Positions 1 to 13,500 of a stretch of 64,000 nucleotides of DNA are shown here, in pieces (within the stretch, counting starts at the first letter, position 1; every line of letters begins with the position of its first letter). The DNA lies in contig OU015568.1 in the NCBI GenBank assembly GCA_907165135.1, positions 13,516,001-13,580,000 on the forward strand, given 5' to 3'. This DNA comes from Oikopleura dioica (taxonomy: Eukaryota > Animalia > Chordata). Position numbers and translations under genes: made by a program. The notes below the pieces were generated by a model that made no database searches, was not told where the DNA came from, and saw only the letters and a list, made by a program, of their open reading frames with translations.

Positions 1-25
1 TTGTGCAGAAAATTAGGGGATTTAC

Positions 26-148
26 CTGACTAATCTCTTTCGAAACTAACTGTTCTAGGCCGGATTCTTCAGTGTTGGAGCTATCTTTTACTTTTGGTCT
101 TCGACGAGCAGCATAAGCCACCAAAAAGTTTAAAAGGAGAGCCTTCAT
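26..148 (-). CDS. First coding exon of a hypothetical, possibly secreted protein continuing left of the window
   Basis: ATG at 148 opens MKALLLNFLVAYAARRRPKVKDSSNTEESGLEQLVSKEISQ (41 codons, hydrophobic N-terminus), ending at CAG|gtaaat. Confidence 0.45.
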
Positions 149-558
149 ATTTTTTGAAAAAATTCTCGGCTTGCGGCCAAATGAGTTCTGTCCGCGTGCC
201 CAAACTTTTTCTCTATTCTCTTTAACTGATGCGGTTAAAAGGTTCCTATTGTGTCTCGTTGACTTTGGTTGGGCGGTTATTTATTCAGTACAGGGCGTCC
301 TCTCTTGGTGGCGTGCGAGCATGAGATTCTATTCTCCTCCGCTCTTGTTTTTTTGAAAGAATGAAGATGCACCTGCATCGCACATTCGAACCGGATAAAT
401 ATTTACATCAGGCCTGCTCTGATCTTCAAGTGATAAGCTGATCATTATTACGCTTCAGTAGCGCGCCGGAACTTAGCCGCACTTTCACAAATTGCCTTTC
501 AAAGGGACGAGCAATTTTATGGCCTCTTTACTCGACCTACCTTTTCATCCTCTTTTAG

Positions 559-3500
559 GTTAAAAACGAAACGTCCAGTGGAATGGTTTGGTTTTGCAAT
601 TCTTGCCGAAAAAAGCCGCCTTCTGGGGCTGGTCTGAGGTTAAACGACCAGGTCATTGAGAAGAAATCAACAAGAGTCCATGCAATGAATGTGGCAGAGA
701 CTCAGACGCTTCCAAGTCCGCTGAAAAGGCCAAGTCTAACGAGGCAAGATTCGGAAAGCATAGAAAAGCAAAACTTCAGGATTCCCAAGGAGTCCCATTC
801 GATGCCTAGATCAGGTACTTATTATGGAGGTTTCCCTATTAACTGCTTTCAGGTATTACCAGTCATTCGAGCAGCCACACGCCTGGAGACAATCCAAGCG
901 TGCGGAAGGCAAAGCGGTCACCTCCCCTTGGCGAGTTGGATTCTGGCATTGCGAGCTTATCAATCGAAGAGGGCAATCCAATCGACACCGGAACATATCA
1001 TCCAAACTCTGGCATGGAACACTATCCACACGATATGTCGCTGAACGAGCAAGACAGCAGTAAATCACGGACACTGCCCGAGCGATCCTCCAATGGCAAG
1101 GTTCGCCCTAGAAGACGGGTGCTTCCTCGCGACCCATCACAAGATAATGAAGGTCAACTGGGCCTTACATCACAGAAAAACTATAGAAGCCAGCCAGATT
1201 TGCTCGGACATAATCAACGGACGAAGGAATCACCTCTGGGCCAAAGAAAACGAGAAGCAGAAGATCCTTTCTTTGCTCACAACGAGAGCTGGTACAAGAG
1301 AAGTTTTGACATGTCAGATTGCGTTTCGGATACGTCGTCATATGGCGGTAAAAGGTAAGGAATCCGTTTGTTCCAATTTCTTATCATTGCTAGTAGGGAC
1401 CATGTGAGCCAATTCGAAATGGACTCCACCGCAGTGTTGATAAAACTCTGGTGGGAGAACTTGGCTGAAACAAGAGAAGGAGATGGTCGCCTAGTCTCAG
1501 CAGTAGAACGCGTATCGCAAGTCTATCAGCATCGAGGTCCTCCAGCTGTGCGCCTGTGTCTAGTCCACCCTGGAAAAGGCAGAGCTTCCAGAAGACGCAC
1601 CGTTGCTTCGGCAAATGAGGCTATTGAAACGAGAGACGGTGGATGGTGCTGGACAAGTCAGACTCCACCAATCGCCTGGGGGCCTTTGCCCAAACGAGCT
1701 CTTCAAAGGTATCGCCTCAAAAGTTGCCTCAGGGCTTAATTAATTCTTAGACTTGCGCTGGAGATAAGTCTATGCGATGACGAAAGAAATGTTCTCAGCA
1801 GAGCTCTAGTTGGATTACTGGACGTCAACTTTGACGCCAGGGCGAAGTGGTACAAGCTCTATCCTTGGTCCTCTAGGTAAGAGTCAATTCTTAGAGTACA
1901 GTTCCAGGGCCTCTTTCGGCCGGCCGCGTGGCCTAATGGATATGGCGTCTGACTTCGAATCAGGAAGTTGTGGGTTCGAGTCCCATCGTGGTCAAAACTT
2001 TTTTCCTTTTACATTTAACTTCCATCTCTCTTTACTTCATCGGGAAGAGAAAAAAGGGTTAAAATTTTTATACAGCTCATTGATGATTATATTAAGCCAC
2101 TCAATGAGCCGAGTAGACGATTACGAAAGACATAGAAGACCTCGCCGAAAACTGCCCCAACTTCCTCGAAACATCTCCAGTCTCTCGAATCAGAGCAGAG
2201 AACCAGCTTTTGCTGGACCTATGCGAACGCAATCAGTTACCGGTCACAAACTTTCACACTCAGTCTATTTCCGCGAACCAGGTGTAGTACAGTAGATATT
2301 CAGTGAGAAAGAAAAATACTTTTTATAGTATTTTTTAACACGATTTTCCTATTATTCCATTTTCCTTGACTTGTTTTCGTTTGAATATCTAAAATCAAGG
2401 ATTTCTACAAATCAGTCGATCTCCTCCTTGATTTCAATCAGTATTTTTCCGATCGGCATAATCAAATGATCATTTTGATGATGCTCATTTTTTACATCTT
2501 GTGACCAGATTTGAAGCTCTTGACGGTTCTCAAATCGTCACTGGGTCCAGCAGGCAACACGCCGACTCTGGAGCAGTGAATTTAAATTCCAAATCAGAGT
2601 CGAACAGTAGGCGGAATAATATGTCCCCCCTACAACCGCCCGGTCGGCTTCAAGGTACCACTCGACAATCATGTTCTTTAACCCTAAATTGCGTTGCCCA
2701 ATCAGCATCCAAAAGACAAATTCCAACATCAAGCTCCAGCTCAGTCGTTCAACAATCAAGCAACCCAAACCAGCAACTTCGAAGAGTGGCCGGAATTCCC
2801 TCGCACTCATCTCAGCCCGTATTACTGCCCTCAAACAGATTACTCAGGTTTGAATTTTCGCATCCAGAAGTAATGATATCATTTACTAGTCGCGAGCCAT
2901 CTCAAGATTCAAACAATGGAAGTTCAAACTCCGATCTTGAGCCCTCGCGAGTTCTGGCCGAGTTTGTTGGAGGTCTCGGACCCGGTCAGGTCGCCGGTCG
3001 TCAGGCTCTTGGAGCCGGGTCCCTGGGAGAGTTACACCTCACCATTCAGGTAACCCTTCCTTTTTCCTTGTTATTTTAATGCTTTTTTGTAGGAGCGACA
3101 GAATGCCTTTGTTGTAAATGTGAATCAAGCGCGTGCACTCAAATCCCCAAGGTACATGTCGATAGCTTTTAATTTCGAACTATAAAATCTTTAGAAATAC
3201 AAAAAGTCTTCCCGCTGCGTATGTAAAACTGTATCTGATGTTTGGCGCGCGACGCGTCGCCAAGCAAGGAATCCCAAAAGCTTCGAAAAGTCTGTCTCCA
3301 CAGTTTCACCAGGTCTGTCTGTTCGACCAGAATGAATCCTTCGACGCTCTCCAGGCGATTGTATGGGGCGATTACGGGCCACTCGATAAAAAGGCGTTCA
3401 TTGGAGTTGCTCAAATTCAGGTTGATCTCCTTTTCTTACTTTCAGATTTTCATGCTTTTCAGTTGAGTTCCTTGGATTACTCAAGCTCTTCGATTTCTGG

Positions 3501-3629
3501 TTGGTACAGATTGTTTCCCTCGTCGAGCATTGTTAATCCTTCTTTGTCAGGTATTTCAGCTCGTTCCTGTCGCATTTTTACGCTTGTTTAGGAACTGGTA
3601 GCCAGCTCTCAATCGACACAATTGGCTGA
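559..3629 (+). CDS. RIMS: RIM/UNC-10-like presynaptic active-zone protein (multi-exon; true start uncertain)
   Basis: Zn-finger remnant MVWFCNSCRK; degenerate C2A ending KWYKLYP; C2B with LPAAYVKLYL, LQAIVWGDYGPLDKKAFIGVAQI and GWYRLFPSSS, matching RIM C2B motifs; GT-AG introns e.g. 815-852, 1877-2075, 3551-3591; stop TGA 3627-3629. Confidence 0.85.
1922..1994 (+). tRNA. tRNA-Arg (anticodon UCG), intronic
   Basis: 73-nt cloverleaf: GGCCGCG/CGTGGTC acceptor stem, A-box TGGCCTAATGG, anticodon loop CTTCGAA, B-box GGTTCGAGTCC, followed by a T-run Pol III terminator. Confidence 0.95.
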
Positions 3630-4553
3630 TTAGCTACGACCCTGCTTCCCCGTCTTTCATAAAAAAAAAATTTCGGCATGCTCGCACAATCAAAGGACTT
3701 CTTTCTTGCTCAATCATCCGAATTCATTCATTTTTTTATTTTATTCTAAAGCATGAACTCCACCTTTATTCAAAGCCCCCTTTTATATTATTCCCCGTCG
3801 AATCTCTTCAGCATATGTATATTGGAAACGGTTTTATTTTCTTCATAAATAGTGCAACAAATTCTTCAAAAAATCTTTTACTTACCTATAAATTCTTGGT
3901 TCCCGCGCCTATTCTCGTTCATTTTCCGTAATATAACATGCGGCAAGCTCACAACTACGAGGCCATATTTATATAGATATAAAATATATCAAATAATATA
4001 TTGAATTTTATTGAAAATCCTTTGCTTTCACTACCTACCTATCTACCTAAAACAGTACCTAGCATGTTTCTGCCATTTCTTCCGTCAATTACCTGAAACT
4101 GTATATTACCGCTGCCATTTTACAGTACTTTCATTCAATGTTCTTCACAATATAGACCTAAATATCTTCAATTGACATTTTGAAATTGAAAGTCTGCCCA
4201 TAGTCGAATTTCAATTGAAATGCGAATATTTTATGCAGGATAAACACATTGAGGCGAATTTGATTTTTATTTTTATGATAATTTAGCGAGAACAGACAAA
4301 CACGCCTCGGATATATTCGAAGTGTCGTTATTTTCATCGTCAATGGCGTAGATTTGCCCTCTCAAGCTTCGTGGCCCGATTGATTTTCCTATTTTTTCCG
4401 AATTGATTTCACGAGGGACATTTCTACAGCACCCATTTTTATGATATTTTTCACTACTTTTTTTTCTTTTGTTGGTCTAAATTTGTTCATGCAGGTTAAT
4501 GGCATTCTCCGAAGTACGAAACTTCATCAATGAATGAAAGGTCGGCGACCTTT

Positions 4554-7500
4554 TTAATTGTAGTAGAAGCACAAGCCCTTGTCCATCTTGTTCCATTCTT
4601 TGATGAGTTTGGCGAGCTTGCCCTTCTTAGACTTGGTCTTGCCACCAGCAACTTCGACGAGCATATCGTTGTTAGCGAACTTCATCGACTTCATCTTGAG
4701 TCCGCTAAGAGCGCCTCGAATGCATTGAATCTTGTTATTGCTGATATCCAAAGTCTTGAGTTTCGTGTTAAATTTGAACATATCCGATGGAATGACTGTC
4801 CATCGACCATAGGAGGCATCAAGGGTGGTCAAGCCTGGGAGATAAGTCAGAATCGATTTGAGTGTTTCGATTGGAAGCGCTGGGTTTCCAGAAATGTCGA
4901 GCTGCTTGACATTCTTGCGCTGCTTCGGCGTCATAGCCATGATCAGTTTAACCAAGTTCTCGCCGGTATGCATGTTTCGCTTTGAGCAGCCAAGTGTCTT
5001 GCCCTTCTTGAGGGAGCAGGAGATATCCTTTGGCATGAAAACAGTTGAAGTCTCCGTGGTCGTCGTTGGCTCCGTTGTTGTCTCTGGAGCTGGTGTTGAC
5101 TGACCAGTAGGGTCGATAACAACGAATGGATCGCTAACAGGAGGGTCGGCAACTACTCCTATCGCTGAAGCTGGTGAAATGACCTGGAAGTTAAGTCCAA
5201 CATTTTCAGCAACTTGGTCAAAGATCAAATTGTAGAATGTGCAGTTGCCAAGGGCATCAAAGGCACACGTGGTATCACCAGAGAGCGAGAGAGTTCGCGT
5301 TCTCAGAACAGCGGTCGCGTTAACTGTCCATGGATCGGCAAGTAGACCAATTGGTCGCTCCATGCGGACACCTTGTCGGTAGGCGTGAAGAACAATTGGT
5401 GGGTAAACGGGCTCGCCAATGACGATCTCTGAATTTTTGAATGAGAAATATTTTTCAGAACCATTTTAGCTTACCTTCTGGGAAAGAAGCGATGGTGATA
5501 TTATCGGGCAGATCACTTGCAGTGTAAGTGATAACTTCAGCACCAGCAGCCAGTGCTTCTTCGATAACTTCTTGAGTATCAACGAATGTAGGCAAATCAT
5601 CAAGAGTCTGAAGAATTTCGATTAAAACTTGAAATTTAATTTCTGATTACCTCTCCAGTAAGATTAAATTGTGCGGCTTCAACTTCCTGAAGGGTAGCAT
5701 TTCCCTCGAGACCAAGAACAGTGGCAATGGTGTAATTCGACTCTGAAATTCAGTATTAATTGTTTGAATATTTTTCTTGGCTAACCGTTAGTCTCAGGAT
5801 CGAACCAAGATGGGGCTTCAGCATCCTTTTCGGGAATAGAAATACCAACAGACTCAGTTGTAGTGTTTGTAAGAGCATCAAGCTCACCAGTTGCGAGCTT
5901 TGCAAGGAGAGTATTACCGATTTCGATAGCCTCGAGTCGTTCGTCCGTAACTCGAACACCTGGGCAGTTAGGATTGCAAACACCTGAGCCAGCTTCGAGA
6001 AGAACTGTGAACATGTTTCCTGACTGTCGTCTTCGTCGATCGAATGTTGGGTTCTCGTATCGGTTGTATGGGGATCGTCGTCGTCGTTGTGGATCAGAGT
6101 CTTCGGCGATAACATTCATCATCTTGATCTTACTTTCGTGGATGCCAAGCATGACAGCAAGAAGACGTGGAAGCTCTGTGTGATCCCAGAACTCATCGAT
6201 AGTCAATTCCATAACAACGTCGAGTTCAAGAAGAATTGTATCCGAAATCTTGACGTCAACATATGTTCCTGGTTCCATGTTGAAGTAAACGACTTGTTCC
6301 ATTCGCTGGAAGTAGTTAGCGCCAGCAGGTTCGGTCAACTCAGGCTTCAAGTCATCGGTTGGGAAGTGCCATGCTTCACCACCATCTGGTGTGGTGTATT
6401 GCTGGTTGCTTCTCTGGTACTCGCCATTGAGATAAATCATCTGTCGATTCTGTCGGAAAGTAAAGAGCTCAATTCGAATCTTGCATTCAGCCTGTGGCAC
6501 GGACTTCGTTCCGAACATATGGAATCGAGTATGCTTTGGAAGAGTTCCAGAAGTATGGTATTGGTAAGTGTGACCACATTCAAGGTTGAAGAAATTCATT
6601 GTGACTCGGAGAAGACAAGCATAACCGAAGCAACAAGAAACGTCCATAACACCATTAGAAAGATCAATTCGCTTTCGCTCGTTATCGCGAAGACCGATAG
6701 GAGCAACTCGTCGAGTGGAAGAATCGTGGTCAAAAGACTCGAAACCAAGCTGAGCAAAGTTACCCATTGGACATTCGTAGCCGTCAGCATCTGGATTCCA
6801 TGTGCATTGATCGTTTCGGATTGTGCCCTTGAGAGGTGCGTATTCTGGGAATGGAATTCTATGCCCATCGAGGGTTGTAACCATTGTTTTTGGAATTCTG
6901 AAGTCACCAAGTCCACGTCGCTCGTCAGACTGTGGCCAGTCTTCGTTTCCTTCTAAGTCAGAAGTGCCCTGGTAGTAGTGAGGAGACTCTTCAACCCACT
7001 TCTCGTAGTGATACTCCGATTGTGCCATGATGTAGGTAGATGGCATACCGAGGAAGTCACCGGTAAGATCAACAAGCATGGATCGCTTGAGACCATCACA
7101 ATCCATGTCAACACAATCAGCAATGCTGATCCATCCAAGATTTGGTCTTGAGAACTGGTATCGATGGGTGGATGGGCCGTCAAAAGTAACGAACTGCAAC
7201 TCCATCATATGCTGATGTTCGGACCATCTGCTGCTCGTTCCGATGCCGTAGAAATCTCGGCCACATTTTTCTCCAAAGTTCATCAACTGGATATCCATGA
7301 AACAGGAACCTCCATAAAGAGAAGCATACGCTTCAGCAACACCAAGTGGCTTTCCGGGCCATTTCATGCCGCTGCTAGCAAACTGTGGAACCATGATACC
7401 GTAAGTACCCTGTGTTCGAGTACCAGGAGTGCGGGAGTTCTTAGTTTCCTTGTAATTTTGCGTTGCTTCACGAATGATGTAATCATTGCATGTTAATGTA

Positions 7501-10500
7501 TCAGAGAACTGGTCAATGATGAAGTTTCTAAATGTTGATGGTTGATTATCCATTCCATGGCCGACTGGGCTCGGTCCAATTTTCCAACTCCAAAGAGCAG
7601 ACCAGTTATCAACGCAGAGAACGTTTTCAACAACGACACCAGAACTGGCCTGAACCCAGACACAATGATGCATATTTCTCCATGAAGTGAAGTTAGCAAT
7701 CTTTACGCAGTCACCTGGTCCATTATTGTTCCAGTGGACACCTCTAAGCGTAGTATGAGCGGTATTATGTCCCATTGCAGATCCAGAATTCTCATAACTG
7801 CAAAGCTCAGTCGCGTCACAGGCATCAAACTGTGTCACAAATCCGTTTCCATCTCCTCCGGCAACGGTGTTTCCATCAAACACGATATCGCGAGTGGCTG
7901 TGATAAAGAATCCGGCTGGTTCTGTGTCTTCCTCATATTTGTAAAATTCAGCTGTAGCTGGATAGATAGCGTGGAATTGAATCTTTGAAATAAGATTGTT
8001 TGTGATTGTAGAACCAACGGGCGAGTCAAGATTCATTATATGGTTACCACCGAGCATATCATACATGACATTGCCACTAATCTCGTAGTTGGTTGTAAAT
8101 CGAGTGGCGATACCACCATTGTAGCAATGATGGAAAGAAGAGTCTTTCACATATGATGGCTGAATGTTGTAAATAGAATCGGCGACAGAAGCATCTTGAA
8201 GACCCCAGAGGAAAACTGGAACTCGCTGATCATCTTCTTCTTGGTAACCGAACTGACCCATTCCTCGGAACTCAACGTTTTGAATTTGTGCCCAACCATA
8301 TCGCAGAGCCCCTGTGTTTGCTTCGGCGGATCTCATTACAACAACACGACCACCAAAGATGTCCTCGGAGTCACTATGACCGTCGATGACAATATTGTGG
8401 GAGAGAAGACCAATTTCAGCGCCAAAGTGAGTATCGGAGCCATATTTAAGTGTACGCGTCTCGTCAACACCAGCATGTCTGAACTCAACTTGATGATCCA
8501 GAGTGATAAGGTTTCCATCGATAGCCTGAATGAAGAATTCTTCAGCCTCTCGTGGATCGAAACTGGTTGGAGCGATGAAGATTCGATCGCCAACGTTCCA
8601 GCCTGTTGCGTCAGTTGTCCTAATCTCTCTGTATCCAGGTAAGATGAAGTTCTTGAGGTATGTCTTAGTGAAATTCCGGGGGCAACCATGCATTTCCAGA
8701 CCACCTAAAACCGCGATAGCCTTAGCTCCAATAACAATAGCAGCCTCTGGAGACCCGACTTCTGTAGACCATTTATCTCCGGTAAGACTAATCTGGACTG
8801 AACCATCGCATGGCCATGGGTTCTCAGCTGTTCCAACTTTGAAAGCGGACTGCGACATAAAGTAAGTATTTCTGCCCTCGATACCCTTGGAATACTTCAT
8901 GTTCTCGACAGTACCAAACGATCTTCCAATCATATCAGTGAAGTTTCCACCGCCAGTGTTCGTCAAAATTTGTCGAGCTGTAATGGTGAAATCTTTTCCA
9001 GCAAGCTGATCAAATTCTAGTGCTCCTTCCACAAAGATAAGATCGACATCGACGTCTGGAATATCGATAAGCATGTGAGTGGATCCCGTAATTGTGACAT
9101 TAGATCCCGGTTCTGGGATACCATCTTCCCAACATTCTGGAACAGACCAGCGGCAAGTTGTTTGATCTGGATTGACTGGTGGTGGATCAGTTGGTGGAGG
9201 AATACAATTCTCCCAGAAACACTTGTACATTTTCATGTTGAAACTGTTATCGCAGTATTTGTCAGGGGTACCAGAATTTTCAGAACCAGCAATGCAATCA
9301 GCTCGATCGAACATCATTGCAAGTCGGCCCTTGTGGGCACCCGGAACAGTAAGTGTATCATTACCGTAGTAATATTTCTTATTTCCGTCGCCGGCTTGAG
9401 GAAGGCGATCCATTTCTTCTCCAAGACCAGTTACGTAATCAACTCTCTGGACTTCATGAGAAAGCCAGACTTCCTTCGTCTCTCCGACATCGTACATATT
9501 TGCAGAATAAGAAATATTGTTCACGTGACCTAATCCGACCCAATGGACGTAGTTTTCAACTCCTGTTGGCAACAAAACCATCCATCCACCGCCATGAGTA
9601 GATCGGCATTTCTGGAAATTTCCTCGTTCTTCACCATAGATAGAGGTCATATTCATTTGTGTTCCGGAAAATACTGCAGGCATATTATTTAAACCAAGTC
9701 GATGGAAAGCAGTCGCCGGTGGGCAAATAGAAGAGTCTGCTCCTCGTGAGAATGAAGCATCGGAGGTACATCCTGGATCATAGTTGCTAGCAGAAGCAAC
9801 AACCTTGGCACCGGGTTGTCCAAGCATTCGCTGTGGCCAGCCGTCACCACCACTACCCTCAGAGTTCAATGGTGCGGATAGAGTTCCGTCAGTATCGTGG
9901 AGAATAGTAACATGTCGCCATTTAGCTCGGAATCGATTTGGAGAGTTGTTCCATTGGACTCGTCTAAACTCAGCAGTGAAACCGCAATCTTCGAAATCAG
10001 ACGCGTAACAAGCGTCGATGCCCTTGCACTTGCTGTGATCAAAGTTGAAGAATCGTATTCCATCAACGTCGGTAGAACCAACCATCCATGGGGTCTCAAG
10101 ACCGATGGAAGTACAGTCATTAAGAGATTCGTGGGCGCCTGAGTATCCGATAGAGATACCGTCCTGCATACCGTACGAGAGATCTCCGAAGAGCTCATCT
10201 CTTGACTCCATGAAAGCAAAATTGGAGATAGAGTTGTCAGAGAAAACACCGTTCTTTACTCGGACGCCATTTCCAGCGGAAGCGATTTCAAAACCTCGCT
10301 TGTTATGCCAGCCGACAACGTCCTCAAAGTTGTGCTGTCGATCACCACCCCGGGTTCCTCCACAATCTTCAGCTCTTGGTCGGTATTCCAAGAAAATCCA
10401 AAAGCCGTACTCACCAACACTATGGGCAGTGTTGTTTCTGAATTCAAGAACAGGCTGAGAGTCTGGACATTTGGCATATCCAGAGTCCTGGAACCATTGC

Positions 10501-13500
10501 TCACCAGCGTGATGATGGCTGCTTGGTGGATTGATCCAGAATCCAAAGAAGGCAGCACCAGCTGCATGATTATGGCGAACTCGATTGTTCGTATTGGTCA
10601 CCCAGAATGTAGTGGCGGACTGATCAGTATTCAGCATTGAAGAAGATGGTCGCGCGAAGATACCCAAATTGTACTGGATAGTATTGTTTTGTTCCCAACC
10701 GTCTTCAATAAAGAAGTTATGACCCTCACATCGATAAGCAACGTTCCACTCAAAGAGCGCGTCGTGAGTTCCGTGAATAGTCATAGCTCGGTTGAAAGTG
10801 TGGTGAACACCAAGACCTCGGAAGTAAGAGTTAGGCTGATGAAGAGACATGTGGAAATGCAGCGAGTATCTACCAAGGTGGAAACCTTGTCCAGTGTGAG
10901 AGAACTCAACATATTCAACCTTGCCGTAAGTGGGCTTGTGGAACATCAAATGAGCACCAAATTTATCGTTGCCAACTTCATCGTTGAACTTGTTCAAGAA
11001 ACAGTTCTGAATGGAAGTCTGGGCTGAGTCAAATTCGTTTTCGCACTCAGGGAGATCTTCAATCCATTCTTCGTTGTTGTGCCCTCGGAACTTAATATTT
11101 CGAGTGAGAAGACCAACTTCAGCCTTCTGCTCGAGCTTGACTTGTCCATTGGCACCTTCCCAGAAGGATTCGACACCAAGATGCATGTAATTGAGCGTTC
11201 GGTTCAGCGTAATTTCTGTACCATCAGCGCTGATAGCTGCGATCTCGACGTGTTCCGATTGAGTCATTGTCAGTCGAGGGCCAGTTGTAGCAACAACAAT
11301 ATGATCACCAACGTGCCATCCTCCAGCGGCACCTTGTCTGATATCAGCCTCAAGCTTGATAACGTTGTCGCCTGCGTTCGCAGTTTGAGCAAGTTGAGTC
11401 CAGGTAATGACGTCACAACCATGCATATCGACGGTACCGCTTCGAACTGCCATAACCTTAGCACCGTAGATTGGCAATCGAATGCTTCTATGGTGGCCGA
11501 AGAGAACCATTTCGGCTGTCATTCGGTTTCCATCGTCATCAAGGCAGAATGGATCTTCTTCTGTACCAATTTCAAAATGACCGTCTTTAGTGACAATAAT
11601 GTACTCAGCTTGAAGCTTGATTCCACTCTGTCGGTCCCAAATGAGGGTACCACCGTCGATGAGAAGAACAGCAAGAAGCTCAGTAGATTCGTCAAGAAGA
11701 AGTGTCTGTCCAGTACTAACAACGACGATATCTCCGGCGACTGGCTTGCAAGATCCATCAGTGCATCCCCAAGTGTATGTACTTGAATATCTGTCAATGT
11801 ACCAAAATTGAACAAGAGATTCATCAGCTTGTGCGTTACCCTTGCCCTCGATGTAGACAGTGACAACACCCTTAAAACTACCGAGTGCAGATGCCTGAGT
11901 AGTACAGATAATTTGAGTATCAGTCAAGTCGGTGATAAGACATTCAGGAGTATTCTCATTATTCGGATCGGATGGATTAACAATGGTTACCATAGACGCC
12001 AAATCATTAGAACCAGAGAAACCAGTACCAGAGATATTCAACTCAGTTCCACCAGCTGTACCTCCCTTTGTTTTAGAGATAGCAGTGACAGTTGGAGTCT
12101 GATCCGCAGAGAAATTGAAATTGAAGGTATTTCGTCCCTTGCGTCCCCGGACCATTTCGTTAACAGTGACAGAGCAAGTAGTTGTACCTTCGTCTGGCTT
12201 TGGAACATCGCAGATAATCAATCCAGCCTTGAGAGCTGTCTGATCAAAGTTTGTGCAAGGTTTTCCACAAACAAGTACTTCAATATTGTTAGATAGGCCG
12301 GAACCAATAACGGTCAGTCTAGTTCCACCACCAAGTGATCCAGATGTTGGCTGAATATCAACAACTTCAAAGTCGAAGTTGAAGGCTTGGTTGACGTTAT
12401 CAAGGGCTCGGCCAACCTGATCTACGACAACAGTCAGAGCTTGAGTACCCGCGGCGGCAAATGGAAGGTCGGCGACGATTTCTGTAGCTGAGCAAGCATT
12501 GACAACAGCGTCAGCTTCGCCAATCTTAACGGTCAAATGAGCACAACCAAGAGATCGGGCTCCAGCTGTCATCTCTTCGTAGAATCCAAGTTGTGGAAGT
12601 GGCTTCTTCTTCTTTTTCTTCTTTCGGATGTAATCAAGGAGAGATTTTTCATTTTCGGACGTCTTTTGCTGACTTCTGCTACCGATAACACTCTCGTCAG
12701 CATTAACAAATCCAGAACCAGTAATCGTGATTGTGTCCATACCGGCATATGATGCTTTCGATGGAGTAAGAGTGTCAATTTGTGGGGTGGCAGCCACGCT
12801 GTAGACAACTTCATAAGCAGAAGCATAAACAAATTGTCCGCCATTTACAGCAAAGCCGAGTTTAGCAGACGAGTCAGCTGCAACGACGCTAGCAGGGACA
12901 ACAAAAGTGGCCTGGTACGTTCCAGCTGCAAATTCAAGTCCACAGCCGTCAAGGCAAAGTTCGTTCTGTCCTTCCATAATGCTGATCTGGAGGTCTTCTG
13001 GAATTTCGTCAGAGAAGACAACGGTCGCAGTTGAACCACCATATATCGAATAACCGCTTGTGAGACAGTTGACATCCTGATAGCACGCATCAAAAGATGC
13101 TACTGGAAGAGATCGTTCAAGTGCAGCAGCGACGGCAGTATCATCAACAGATACGATAGTTCCGTGTTGGTAGTAAGAAACTAGAGAAAACTGAACAGCG
13201 CCCGGAGCGTAATCTGCGGCGGTAAAAGTGAGGATGAATGTGTTGTCAATTTTATTGAAAGCCACGTCTGAGAGGGCAATTGTAGATTCTCCTTGTTTCA
13301 AGTCAATATCAAAATCCCCAGATGAAAATCCCATCTCGAGAAGTGCGCAATTGAGAGTGCACGAAAACTGGATAGAAGCCATGCCAGTTTCGGTTGCGAA
13401 ATCAACATTTGCAGCATCGACGGAAATGCTGACTTCGTCATTGGTGACAAATTCATATCCAGAAGAAAGAGTGTAAGACGTAGCTTGGCCAGTGCAGGCA

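Noticed and set aside
3780-4440. Several short minus-strand ATG-to-donor fragments
   Set aside because: Could not be chained into a coherent reading frame; AT-rich sequence produces spurious sites
6087-6956. 289-aa plus-strand ORF and many other ORFs overlapping the giant gene
   Set aside because: Antisense or alternate-frame shadows of a long coding exon; no motifs or splice logic of their own
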